Positions 11,836-20,953 of a stretch of DNA of 64,000 nt are shown in pieces. Source of the stretch: Minisyncoccota bacterium (GTDB taxonomy: Bacteria; Patescibacteriota; Minisyncoccia; Phycocordibacterales; BOKC01); contig CP129473.1 of NCBI GenBank assembly GCA_030583745.1, forward strand, positions 204,551 through 268,550, given 5' to 3'. Both the position numbers and the translations under genes were made by a program. The notes beneath the pieces were generated by a model, which saw nothing but the letters and a program-made list of their open reading frames with translations, did not search any database and was not told the origin of the DNA. Position 1 is the stretch's first letter. Each line of letters starts with the position of its first letter.

Positions 11836-12561
11836 ATGAAGCCAATCATTCCACTGCCAGGAGAAGATCTCCTGGAACTTGGAAAGCGCTGCAATGCGGT
11901 GTATGTGTGTCCGAAGGACGGAGACAGGCGCATCGGACCTCTCGTTGCCTACGCCGGAAAAGACAGCCAGGGGCGGAACCTCGTCGGAGACATCTACTTC
12001 AACTTCCGGCGGATCGAAGTTCACCCGAAAGTAGTCGAGGCATTTGCCGAGGTTGCCTGCCAGAAGCTCTGGGAACAGGGTCGCATCGACTCGTTCGACA
12101 CTGTCTGCGGGATTCCGCAAGGTGGCCGGACGTTCGGTCAAATGCTCGCACTCGTCGCAGACAAGCGTTTCGTGTATGCGGACAAGAAGCCAAAGCCGAC
12201 GGAAACAGGCAAGAAACAGGAATACACCTGGGATTTGTCGCAATTCGATTTTGAGCAAGGTGAACGTGTCGCTATCGCGGAAGACGTTTACAACAACTTC
12301 CAAAATACCGACAGCACCCTGGCCGAGATCGCCGTCACCGGAGCAAACATCGTGCTCCTAGTCGGAGCGCTTAACCGCTCTCTGGTCTACGACAGGACCT
12401 ACACAACAAAAACACTCCAAATCTTGCCCGTCATCGCTTCCATTCGTGAAGCATATCCGGAATTCGAGCAGGACGATCCCGCTGTTGCAGCGGATATTGC
12501 CGCCGGCAACGTCGAGTTCGAGGTAAAGAAGAACTGGGCGAAACTGATGGGGATGCAGTAA
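11836..12561 (+). CDS. type I phosphoribosyltransferase-domain protein (orotate PRTase-like, degenerate PRPP loop)
   Basis: GIPQGG...KK...FEQGERVAIAEDVYNNFQNT aligns to the OPRTase core, but the PRPP-loop TTG is replaced. Start chosen at the ATG after RBS GGAAAGGA; the ORF track begins at 11788. Confidence 0.5.
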   Translation: MKPIIPLPGEDLLELGKRCNAVYVCPKDGDRRIGPLVAYAGKDSQGRNLVGDIYFNFRRIEVHPKVVEAFAEVACQKLWEQGRIDSFDTVCGIPQGGRTFGQMLALVADKRFVYADKKPKPTETGKKQEYTWDLSQFDFEQGERVAIAEDVYNNFQNTDSTLAEIAVTGANIVLLVGALNRSLVYDRTYTTKTLQILPVIASIREAYPEFEQDDPAVAADIAAGNVEFEVKKNWAKLMGMQ

Positions 12562-12650
12562 ACAACACGGGCTGTACATGATGGCCGCCAAACACTTCGG
12601 TGTGAGGCGGCCTTTTTTATATTTTTTCATCAGTTTGATATCATTTCAAA

Positions 12651-13232
12651 ATGTCTAAAGTCCTGTCTCAAGAATTTTTTCAAAGGCCGACGGAAAAGGT
12701 AGCTATTGATTTGCTTGGAAAAGTTTTAGTTAGGAGAATTGGTCGGAAACAAATCGCGGTAAAAATTACCGAGCTTGAAATTTACGACGGTTTTGAAGAC
12801 CGCGCTAGCCACGCTTTCCATGACAAGACCGAACGGAATAAAATAATGTTTGAAGAAGGCGGGCGATTTTATATTTACCTATGCTATGGCATGCATTGGA
12901 TGATAAATATCGTCGTCGGCAAGAAAGATTATCCTTCAGCAATCTTAATTAGAGGCGGAGAAATTGTTTCCAACCTAAAAGCTGACATCTCTACCTCACC
13001 GGCAGGCAAGCAAAATCTGAAAACTAATTTAAACGGACCGGGAAAATTGAGTGGGTTTTTGAAAATAGATAAAAAACTTAATGAAAGAAAAGCGATACCT
13101 AAAAATAAACTCTGGTTTGAAGATCGGGGATTCAAAATTCCTAAAAACAGAACCCAAAGAACTCCCCGAATTGGGATTCATTACGCCGGGCCCATTTGGA
13201 GTAAGAAAAAGTGGCGTTTTGTTGTTAAATAG
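12651..13232 (+). CDS. mpg: DNA-3-methyladenine glycosylase (Mpg/AAG family)
   Basis: FYIYLCYGMHWMINIV motif characteristic of the Mpg family. Confidence 0.85.
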   Translation: MSKVLSQEFFQRPTEKVAIDLLGKVLVRRIGRKQIAVKITELEIYDGFEDRASHAFHDKTERNKIMFEEGGRFYIYLCYGMHWMINIVVGKKDYPSAILIRGGEIVSNLKADISTSPAGKQNLKTNLNGPGKLSGFLKIDKKLNERKAIPKNKLWFEDRGFKIPKNRTQRTPRIGIHYAGPIWSKKKWRFVVK

Positions 13233-13246
13233 TCTTTAATTAATTT

Positions 13247-14281
13247 ATGAGTAAAAAGCCCCTTATATTAATCTCTTTGCTGATTGTCTTCTTTTCGACC
13301 ACATTACTATTTTTTGTGTTTTCAGAAAAAAAAGAGAGAGAGTCTGAAAAACAAAATTTAGAGTGCGCTGATTTTTACTGCTTTGAAAAGCACTATCAGA
13401 ATCTAGTGGAAAAACAAAACATAACCGCGGCTTTTTCCGACCTAAAAATGCAATATGAGAAAGACAATTCTTTGGTCAAAAATTATTGCCATCTTTTGAC
13501 TCACGTCATCGGACGCACGGCGGTTAAAAAATATCCTGATTTGATAGAGGCCTATCGACAAGGAGACCACTTTTGCTGGTCAGGATATTATCATGGTGTA
13601 ATGGAGGGTAATCTCTACAAAACCAAAACAGAAGAATTACCAAAAGTTATAAACGAAATTTGTCAGAAGATTCCGGGTAGAGAAAATTATTCTTTTGACT
13701 ATTACAATTGTGTTCATGGTTTGGGACACGGTGTGATGTATGTGACTAAAAACGAGCTCTTTAAAGCGCTCAAGCTTTGCGACTATTTGGACGGAGCGTG
13801 GGAAAGAGAATCGTGCTATGGCGGAGTCTTTATGGAAAATGTTATTGCTGATTTTGAAAATCACTTTACCGATTATTTGAAACCAGATGAACCGATGTAT
13901 CCTTGCCCCGCTGTGCCGGAGAAAAACAAACATGCCTGTTATCTGATGCAAACTTCTTTTGTGTTAAAAAACAACGGCTATGATTTTGCTGATGCTTTTA
14001 GTGAGTGTCGAAAAGTTGAGGAAAGATACAAGAGAACTTGTTTTCAGAGCTTGGGACGAGATGCTTCCGGACAAACGGTAAGTGATATTAAAAACACAAA
14101 AGACATTTGCCTCATCGGCGAAAACAGTGGCGAACAATTATATTGTGTTATCGGCGCAGCTCGTGATTTTGTATCTTATTTTCATTCTGATAGCCAAGCA
14201 AAGGAACTTTGCACCACCTTCGATTCTGATATCAGCGATGTTTGTTTGAGAGAGGTTGAGAATTATTATAGAAGTTTTTAG
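13247..14281 (+). CDS. membrane-anchored Cys/His-repeat protein (hypothetical)
   Basis: N-terminal TM helix followed by repeated C..H..G(H)G-type units (NYCHLLTHVIG, CWSGYYHGVMEG, CVHGLGHGVMYV, CYGGVFMENV...). Confidence 0.45.
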   Translation: MSKKPLILISLLIVFFSTTLLFFVFSEKKERESEKQNLECADFYCFEKHYQNLVEKQNITAAFSDLKMQYEKDNSLVKNYCHLLTHVIGRTAVKKYPDLIEAYRQGDHFCWSGYYHGVMEGNLYKTKTEELPKVINEICQKIPGRENYSFDYYNCVHGLGHGVMYVTKNELFKALKLCDYLDGAWERESCYGGVFMENVIADFENHFTDYLKPDEPMYPCPAVPEKNKHACYLMQTSFVLKNNGYDFADAFSECRKVEERYKRTCFQSLGRDASGQTVSDIKNTKDICLIGENSGEQLYCVIGAARDFVSYFHSDSQAKELCTTFDSDISDVCLREVENYYRSF

Positions 14282-14288
14282 CTGTTTT

Positions 14289-14338
14289 TGGTCTCATACA
14301 AAACATTCCAATATTCTATAGAATGTTGGAATGTTTTG
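14289..14338. repeat. 50-bp AT-rich near-perfect palindrome (25-bp arms, one mismatch)
   Basis: tcatacaaaacattccaatattcta/tagaatgttggaatgttttgtatga read directly from the sequence. Confidence 0.8.
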
Positions 14339-14347
14339 TATGAAAAA

Positions 14348-14372
14348 CGCCCCCGCGCTTCGCGCGGGGGCG
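14348..14372. terminator. bidirectional intrinsic terminator between convergent genes
   Basis: 11-bp GC stem cgcccccgcgc/gcgcgggggcg with loop ttc; a T-run follows on the minus strand. Confidence 0.7.
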
Positions 14373-14407
14373 TCTGAGGTGCAGTTGAGGGTTGACCCGA
14401 TATGGTC

Positions 14408-14950
14408 TTAGCCCTTGGGCACGAGCTTATCGAAAGCCAGACGAACCGCCCCTCTCTCGTCGTAGTACATAGCAATCACATCAAGGTCAGTCACGCCAGT
14501 GCTCTTGTCGAAGTCCCGCAGATGGCAGATGTTGCCGACTTCGCTCCCCGGAAGAAGTTCCAGCCCACCGCTTGAAGGTCCGAGATGGATGAGCTTGAGA
14601 AAATCGGGATCTGGCATAAAAATGCCGAAAGTGGTAGCATCTTCCGTATCTCCCCGGTGCTCCACCAGCTTGACGAGTCGGCCACGGTTTTGAACCAGAA
14701 GCTTGTGAGCAGCTTCCAGACCAAGTTCCTCTTGCGCTTCACGCAAGAGTGCGGCTTCCTCGTCATCGTCGCCCAGTTCCACCCTGCCGTGGCAAGTTAC
14801 CTGGCAGCCGCCGGGGTAGCTCTCCTTGATCTTGCCATCCGCGAGCTTTTCGGGGTTGAACTTCCCGCGCCGCTGAAGCACCGCAACCACTCCCACCTCG
14901 GGAACTTTAGTCAAAACAACCAGTCCAACACTCCGTTTCTTCTCGGCCAT
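14408..14950 (-). CDS. Nudix hydrolase-like protein (GC-rich)
   Basis: GRVELGD...LREAQEELGL matches the second half of the Nudix box exactly (REUxEExGU), with a one-residue spacing variation in the first half. Confidence 0.55.
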   Translation of the reverse strand: MAEKKRSVGLVVLTKVPEVGVVAVLQRRGKFNPEKLADGKIKESYPGGCQVTCHGRVELGDDDEEAALLREAQEELGLEAAHKLLVQNRGRLVKLVEHRGDTEDATTFGIFMPDPDFLKLIHLGPSSGGLELLPGSEVGNICHLRDFDKSTGVTDLDVIAMYYDERGAVRLAFDKLVPKG

Positions 14951-15096
14951 TTACGGCCTCCTTTTGTACGATCTGCAAACCTCATTCAAGGAAACCACTT
15001 CCTTGAAGTCTAACCAAACATTATCAGAAAGATTTAGATTCTGTCAAGTTTTTTGTAAATTTTTCAAAATTTCGCCACAACTTTTCTCAATTAAAT

Positions 15097-15126
15097 TTAC
15101 TATCATACTATATAGTATGATAGTAA
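15097..15126. promoter_or_regulatory. perfect 30-bp palindrome (15-bp arms) in the divergent Nudix/rarA intergenic region; operator candidate
   Basis: ttactatcatactat/atagtatgatagtaa. Confidence 0.45.
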
Positions 15127-15222
15127 AAAGATTGGGGATAAAATTGGCAGAAGGGGTGAAATAAAGAAGTAAATAATCGAAAAAAGATCGATTTAAAAAA
15201 ACAAAAAAACAGTTGCCATTTT

Positions 15223-15231
15223 TGATATAAT
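15223..15231 (+). promoter_or_regulatory. extended -10 promoter (TGaTATAAT) 9 nt upstream of the rarA ATG
   Basis: tttttgatataatt motif; no SD between the -10 and the ATG. Confidence 0.4.
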
Positions 15232-15240
15232 TATCGGGCA

Positions 15241-16395
15241 ATGCCAGAGCCACTCGCTTCACAAATCAGACCAAAAAACCTTGATGAATTTATCGGCCAA
15301 GGACATTTGGTTGGTAAAAGCGGGCCTATACGCGAAGCAATTGAGAAAGAACATCTTTTCTCTTTTATTCTTTGGGGTCCGCCAGGATGTGGAAAAACTA
15401 CGCTCGCCAGAATTTATTCTAAAAGCTTAGGAGGAGAACTACACGAATTATCTGCAGTCTCTGCGGGAAAGGAAGACATCAAAAAAATTATCGCCCCTAA
15501 ACCCCAGACCCTAGACCCTAAACCCCATATTCTATTTCTCGATGAAATTCATCGCTTCAATAAAGCTCAGCAGGACTATCTTCTGCCATTCGTTGAAAGC
15601 GGGGAATTAACTTTGATCGGTGCTACAACAGAAAATCCGAGCTTTGAAATTATCGCGCCACTTCTTTCACGTTGCCAAGTTTTTGTTCTTGAAAGTTTTT
15701 CAGAAGATGATATGAAAAAAATTCTTAAAAAAACCGGAATGAAAATGCCAAAATCGGCGGAAGATTGGATAATTTCCTATTCTCAAGGCGATGCCCGTCA
15801 AGCAATTTCAATCCTTGATAATACGCAACGGATCTTTAAAAAAATTACACTAGAAAACTTAAAAAATACTGTTCAATCTAAACACCTTCGTTATGATAAA
15901 AAAGGCGACGAGCATTACAACACTATAAGCGCTTTCATAAAATCGATGCGCGCCAGCCAGCCGGATGCCGCGCTTTATTATCTTGCTAAAATGATTGATG
16001 CCGGCGAAGACCCGAAATTTATAGCTCGCAGAATGGTTATTTTTGCCTCCGAAGACATTGGTCAGGCAGCGCCGACCGCGCTTGTGGTTGCCAACGAAGT
16101 TTTTCGCGCCGTGGAAACAATCGGACTTCCAGAGGCACAAATCAATCTTGCGCACGGCGTCGTTTATCTTTCTACCGCCAAAAAAGACCGACGGAGTTAT
16201 GACGCTTATTTCCGCGCTTTGGAAGATGTAAAAAAATATGGTAATTTGCCGATTCCAAAAAATATTTTGAACGCGCCGACAAAATTAATGAAGGATTTAG
16301 ATTATGGAAAAGGTTATGAAAAATATCCGCCAGACGACGGAAAGAAAAGCTATCTACCCGAGAAATTAAAAGGTAAAAAGTATTTGAAGTATTAG
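15241..16395 (+). CDS. rarA: replication-associated recombination protein A (AAA+ ATPase, MgsA/RarA)
   Basis: Walker [22 protein letters not shown] and a C-terminal MgsA domain; contains an unusual [12 protein letters not shown] insert. Confidence 0.85.
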   Translation: MPEPLASQIRPKNLDEFIGQGHLVGKSGPIREAIEKEHLFSFILWGPPGCGKTTLARIYSKSLGGELHELSAVSAGKEDIKKIIAPKPQTLDPKPHILFLDEIHRFNKAQQDYLLPFVESGELTLIGATTENPSFEIIAPLLSRCQVFVLESFSEDDMKKILKKTGMKMPKSAEDWIISYSQGDARQAISILDNTQRIFKKITLENLKNTVQSKHLRYDKKGDEHYNTISAFIKSMRASQPDAALYYLAKMIDAGEDPKFIARRMVIFASEDIGQAAPTALVVANEVFRAVETIGLPEAQINLAHGVVYLSTAKKDRRSYDAYFRALEDVKKYGNLPIPKNILNAPTKLMKDLDYGKGYEKYPPDDGKKSYLPEKLKGKKYLKY

Positions 16396-16541
16396 TGGTA
16401 AAAATTAATCGACGTCACAAAATTGTGCTATATTGGAAGATGGAAAGTCCCTCTTCGTCTTTCTTGCCAATGCCCGTGTTCAGAACGACAGGTAAATATA
16501 CTGATACAAAGCACACCACAAACTAAGAAGGAGAAGACAAA

Positions 16542-17471
16542 ATGACGACCGCAGAGACCGGAGTGACGGCTCTGCCGTCGTCTCGTTCCACAAGACTAGG
16601 AGTTTTGTTCTTCGTCATTGCCCCACTCGTCGGCCTGATCTTGGCGATCTGGCTCTCTTGGGGGCGCGGGGTTTACGCCCTCGACATCATCCAGCTCGTC
16701 TTCTGGCACTCTATCACTGGACTGGGAGTGACAGTCGGTTTCCACCGACTCTTCACTCACGCTTCATTCAAGACCTACTCTCCGGTGAAAGCTACGCTAG
16801 GAATCTTGGGCTCAATGACAGCCCAAGGAAACTTGTTCCAGTGGTGCGCCGTTCACATGAAGCACCATCGCTATAGCGATGGAGAAAACGATCCACACTC
16901 GCCTCATGCTTACGGAGAAGGATTTTGGGCGGTCTCTCGCGGATTCTGGCACGCCCATGTTGGATGGCTCTTCTCCCATGACATGCCGTCCTCGGAAATG
17001 GAGAGGATGACGAAAAAGTTAAGGAAAGAGCGCCTTCTCGTCTGGATCGACAAACTCTTTCTCCTTTGGGTCGCCCTAGGACTTCTGCTTCCGACTCTCG
17101 TGGGCTGGCTTTTTGTCGGCACATGGGAAGGAGCTTTCCGTGGTTTTCTCTGGGGTGGAATCATCCGAATAGGAACGGTACATCACGTGACTTGGAGTAT
17201 CAATTCCGTCTGCCATCTTTGGGGGCGGAAAGATTTCCAAAGTGAAGACCAGAGTCGCAACAACTGGATCTTCGGCCTCTTGGGTTGGGGCGAAGGTTGG
17301 CACAACGGCCACCACGCTTTCCTCTGGTCTGCCAAGCACGGTCTTCTACGCGGACAGATGGACCCTAGTTGGTGGATAATCAAAGGCCTGGAATGGCTGG
17401 GATTGGCTTCGGGCATCAGAGTTCCTGAAGCCAATGCAATTCAGGCAAAGCGAAAACAACAAAAAGAATAG
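16542..17471 (+). CDS. acyl-lipid/acyl-CoA (delta-9 type) fatty acid desaturase
   Basis: Three His boxes (HRLFTH, HMKHHRYSD, HNGHHAF) and TM segments; GC3-rich codons; strong SD AAGGAG; terminator 17480-17516. Confidence 0.8.
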   Translation: MTTAETGVTALPSSRSTRLGVLFFVIAPLVGLILAIWLSWGRGVYALDIIQLVFWHSITGLGVTVGFHRLFTHASFKTYSPVKATLGILGSMTAQGNLFQWCAVHMKHHRYSDGENDPHSPHAYGEGFWAVSRGFWHAHVGWLFSHDMPSSEMERMTKKLRKERLLVWIDKLFLLWVALGLLLPTLVGWLFVGTWEGAFRGFLWGGIIRIGTVHHVTWSINSVCHLWGRKDFQSEDQSRNNWIFGLLGWGEGWHNGHHAFLWSAKHGLLRGQMDPSWWIIKGLEWLGLASGIRVPEANAIQAKRKQQKE

Positions 17472-17479
17472 GGAACTCA

Positions 17480-17516
17480 ACCCGCGCTACCAACTGGAGC
17501 GCGGGTCTTTCTTTAT
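17480..17516 (+). terminator. intrinsic terminator after the desaturase gene
   Basis: acccgcgct/agcgcgggt 9-bp stem followed by ctttctttatc. Confidence 0.7.
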
Positions 17517-17612
17517 CTGAACTTTGAGGAAATAATTTTGGGTTAATTTTCTTTTTCTTTAGAAAACCTATGCTTTCAAGCGCCGTAAATGATAGAATTC
17601 TATTAAAATAAA

Positions 17613-18221
17613 ATGACAAGAAATTTTCTAAAAATTGAATTCTTCAAAAAAACAGACGTAGATTATCTGCGAGAACTACGTAGAATGATCGTTTTTTCAT
17701 CGTTGCTTTTTTTATCTTCGGCTGTTTACGGATTTTTTTTCATTTTTCTGCATCCCGAATCCTCACAAAGATTTTTAGAAATTTTTACCGAACTTTCAAG
17801 AAAAATAGTTGACTTAAAACAACACGAGCTGACAATTTTGATTTTCTTTAACAATGGCTTTAAAATCGCCATTTTAATTTTCCTGGGGATTTTATTGGGA
17901 ATTGCTCCAATAATTTTTTTGACAGCAAACGGCTTCTTACTTGGAGTCGTAGCTTTTATGACGCAATCTGAAAATGGTTGGGCAATTTTCTTGAAAGCCA
18001 TACTGCCTCACGGAATTTTTGAAATCCCAGTTTTAATAATTGCCGGCGCTATGGGTCTTGAGCTCGGAAAATCTTTTATAAAATTCCTGAACGGCGAGGA
18101 CGTCTTGATAGCAGAATCTAAATTAGCATTTAGTTTTTTTGCAAGAATTTTGTTGCCTCTTTTGCTTTTTGCGGCTTTTGTAGAAGTTTTCATCACAAAA
18201 ACTATGATTATTTCTGGATAG
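17613..18221 (+). CDS. SpoIIM/DUF95-like integral membrane protein
   Basis: Multi-TM protein with ILPHGIFEIPVLIIAG typical of the stage II sporulation M-like family. Confidence 0.4.
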   Translation: MTRNFLKIEFFKKTDVDYLRELRRMIVFSSLLFLSSAVYGFFFIFLHPESSQRFLEIFTELSRKIVDLKQHELTILIFFNNGFKIAILIFLGILLGIAPIIFLTANGFLLGVVAFMTQSENGWAIFLKAILPHGIFEIPVLIIAGAMGLELGKSFIKFLNGEDVLIAESKLAFSFFARILLPLLLFAAFVEVFITKTMIISG

Positions 18222-18259
18222 AAACACTCATGTATAAGATATGATAATATGTTCTAAAA

Positions 18260-20953
18260 ATGACTGATTGGTATAAAAAAAATTTAGAGACAATCACAAA
18301 GGAATTCGGTGTAAATCAAGCATTTGGTTTATCCAAAACAGAGGCCGATGAACATTTGAGAAGATACGGCCCAAATAAACTTCCAGAATCAAAACCAGAT
18401 GGTTTATTTGTTATATTTTTTAGACAATTCCAAAGTCCTTTAATTTACTTACTTTTAGCCGCATCGGTTCTGGTAATGTTTTTAGAAGAATGGATTGATG
18501 CCGGAATCATAATTTTTGTTCTTTTATTTAATGCTATAGCTGGAACCGTACAGGCTGGTAAGGCTCAAAACACTCTATTAGCTCTAAGAAAATTTACCGA
18601 GACCAACACCACCGTTTTACGTGACGGTAAAGAAATAATCTTGCCGGACCAAGAAGTGGTCCCAGGTGACATTCTTATTCTACAAGAAGGCGACAAAATT
18701 CCGGCTGATGCCAGAATAATATCTGCCCATAACTTAAGAATTGATGAATCCGCCTTTTCCGGCGAATCTTTACCTTCAAGTAAAACTACCGAAATCTTAG
18801 AAGAAGAAAATTTATCACCAGCTGAACAAAAAAATATGGTTTTTAAAGGAACGCATATTGTTGGTGGAAATGGAAAAGCGGTGGTTGTAGCTACAGGTTT
18901 AGATACAGAGATAGGAAGAATTTCCGAAAAAATAAGTGAGATAAAAACTGAAATTCCACTCCAAAAAAATATCAAGAATCTCTCAAATTTGATAATTATA
19001 GTAGTGTTAGTTGTTAGCTCTCTTATTTTCTTTCTTGGCTTATTGACCGGAAAAGCAATTGAGGAAATTTTTCTCTTGTCGGTGTCTATAATAATTTCTG
19101 CCGTTCCGGAAGGTCTGCCAATTGTTATTACCCTGCTTTTGGCAACTGGGGTTTGGCGTATGAGTAAGCGCAATGTTTTAATTAAAAAACTTCAAGCTGT
19201 TGAAGCACTCGGCCAAGCACAAATTATTGCCGTAGACAAAACCGGCACACTGACAAAAAGTCAGTTAGTGACGCAAAAACTATATCTCGGCAGTGAAGAA
19301 AACTTTTCAATTACCGGTGTTGGTTATGATTCAGAAGGAGAAATCACATTCCAAGACAAAAAAATTTTTCCGGAAGATAATCCGCTACTCAAAAGAGCAG
19401 GTTTAATCGCCGGTCTTTGCTCAAACGCTAAAATTTTCAAAAAAGATGGCAATTGGAAGATTTCTGGAGATCCAACAGAAGCAGCGCTTTCAATTCTAGC
19501 GGTAAAAACTGGCTGGCCGATAAAAAAACTAGAAGACGATTTTCATCAAATAGCAGAAATTCCTTTTGATTACAAACTAAAATATCACGCTGTCCTACAT
19601 GAAATAGAAGGTAAAAAAATTATCTTTATTTCTGGCGCGCCGGAAATTATTCTAAATTTGTGCAAAAAAATAAAAACTAAAAACAAAGAGGAGGTGCTTG
19701 AAGAAGAAAAAAGAAAAGAAATACTTGATATTTTTTCAAGAATGTCAAGTGAAGCTTTGCGAGTTTTAGCTTTAGCCGAAAAAAATACGGATAAAGATTT
19801 TCTAGAAAAAGAAGATATCACGGATCTAACTTTTGTCGGACTTTGTGGAATGAAAGACGCTTTACGCGAAGAAGTCCCGGAAGCTATGGCAAAAACCCGT
19901 GAAGCCGGGGTCAAGGTGGTGATGATCACTGGTGACCACAAAATTACTGCGGAAGCCATTGCAAAAGAAGCCGGAATTTGGAAAAAAGGAGATAAAATCT
20001 TAACCGCTGAAGAACTAGAAAATTTACCAAAAGAAAAGCTGGCAGAGATTTTACCGGAAGTTTCAGTTTTTGCCAGAATCACTCCGGAAAACAAATTGAA
20101 GATAATTGAAGCTTATAAATTGCGTGGAGAGACGGTCGCAATGACCGGAGACGGAGTAAATGACGCCTTGTCTTTGGTAGCGGCAGATCTTGGAGTATCT
20201 ATGGGCAAAGGTGGTACTGAAGTCGCCAAGGAGGCCTCCGATTTGGTTTTACTGGATGATAATTTCGGTAGTATCGTCTCGGCGGTGGAAGAGGGTAGAA
20301 GCATTTACCGAACTTTAAGAAAGGTTTTACTTTATCTTTTTGCTACTAGTCTGGGAGAAATTATGGTCATTGCCGCCGCCATGCTTATGGGCCTACCCTT
20401 GCCAATTTTAGCGGCACAATTGATTTGGTTGAATTTAGTCACCGACGGCTTTTTGGATGTTTCGCTGGCTATGGAACCAAAAGAAAAAGATATTCTGAAA
20501 GAAAAATACAAAAAACCGAATCGGTGGATTTTAAATAGCTGGGATTTGCAAAGGATGATTTTAAACGCCTCAACTATGGCAATAATTTCTATTTTACTTT
20601 TTATTTATTTCTTGGACAATTACAGCTACGAACACGCACTTTCAATTTCTCTGACAACAATGGCGGTCTTCCAATGGTTTAAAGCCTGGATTTGTCGCTC
20701 CGACCACCTTTCAGTTTTCCAAATAAATCCTTTTTCAAACAAATACCTTTTGGGTGCAACAGGCATTGTGGTCATCTTACAACTTCTTGCCCTCCATACT
20801 CCATTTATGCAAAACATCCTACGACTAACCCCGCTTAGTCTAAACGAATGGATTTTGATTATTTCAATCTGCCTTACCGGAGTTGCAATAGATGAAATCA
20901 GAAAAATGTTCTATCGAAAATTTGAAATGAAAAAAAATCTTGTTCAGATATAA
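18260..20953 (+). CDS. cation-transporting P-type ATPase (Ca2+-ATPase-like, P2 type)
   Basis: 897 aa with DKTGTLT phosphorylation site, TGDGVNDA hinge, TGES and about ten TMs. Confidence 0.9.
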   Translation: MTDWYKKNLETITKEFGVNQAFGLSKTEADEHLRRYGPNKLPESKPDGLFVIFFRQFQSPLIYLLLAASVLVMFLEEWIDAGIIIFVLLFNAIAGTVQAGKAQNTLLALRKFTETNTTVLRDGKEIILPDQEVVPGDILILQEGDKIPADARIISAHNLRIDESAFSGESLPSSKTTEILEEENLSPAEQKNMVFKGTHIVGGNGKAVVVATGLDTEIGRISEKISEIKTEIPLQKNIKNLSNLIIIVVLVVSSLIFFLGLLTGKAIEEIFLLSVSIIISAVPEGLPIVITLLLATGVWRMSKRNVLIKKLQAVEALGQAQIIAVDKTGTLTKSQLVTQKLYLGSEENFSITGVGYDSEGEITFQDKKIFPEDNPLLKRAGLIAGLCSNAKIFKKDGNWKISGDPTEAALSILAVKTGWPIKKLEDDFHQIAEIPFDYKLKYHAVLHEIEGKKIIFISGAPEIILNLCKKIKTKNKEEVLEEEKRKEILDIFSRMSSEALRVLALAEKNTDKDFLEKEDITDLTFVGLCGMKDALREEVPEAMAKTREAGVKVVMITGDHKITAEAIAKEAGIWKKGDKILTAEELENLPKEKLAEILPEVSVFARITPENKLKIIEAYKLRGETVAMTGDGVNDALSLVAADLGVSMGKGGTEVAKEASDLVLLDDNFGSIVSAVEEGRSIYRTLRKVLLYLFATSLGEIMVIAAAMLMGLPLPILAAQLIWLNLVTDGFLDVSLAMEPKEKDILKEKYKKPNRWILNSWDLQRMILNASTMAIISILLFIYFLDNYSYEHALSISLTTMAVFQWFKAWICRSDHLSVFQINPFSNKYLLGATGIVVILQLLALHTPFMQNILRLTPLSLNEWILIISICLTGVAIDEIRKMFYRKFEMKKNLVQI

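Noticed and set aside
11794-12361. Multiple overlapping ORFs on both strands (11794-12303, 11820-12254, 11999-12193, 12044-12361)
   Set aside because: They are artefacts of the GC-rich PRTase-like gene, where stop codons are rare in all frames. Only the frame with the PRTase motifs and SD is retained. The same reasoning removes antisense ORFs within the desaturase, pyrD-like, pyrC-like and Nudix-like genes.
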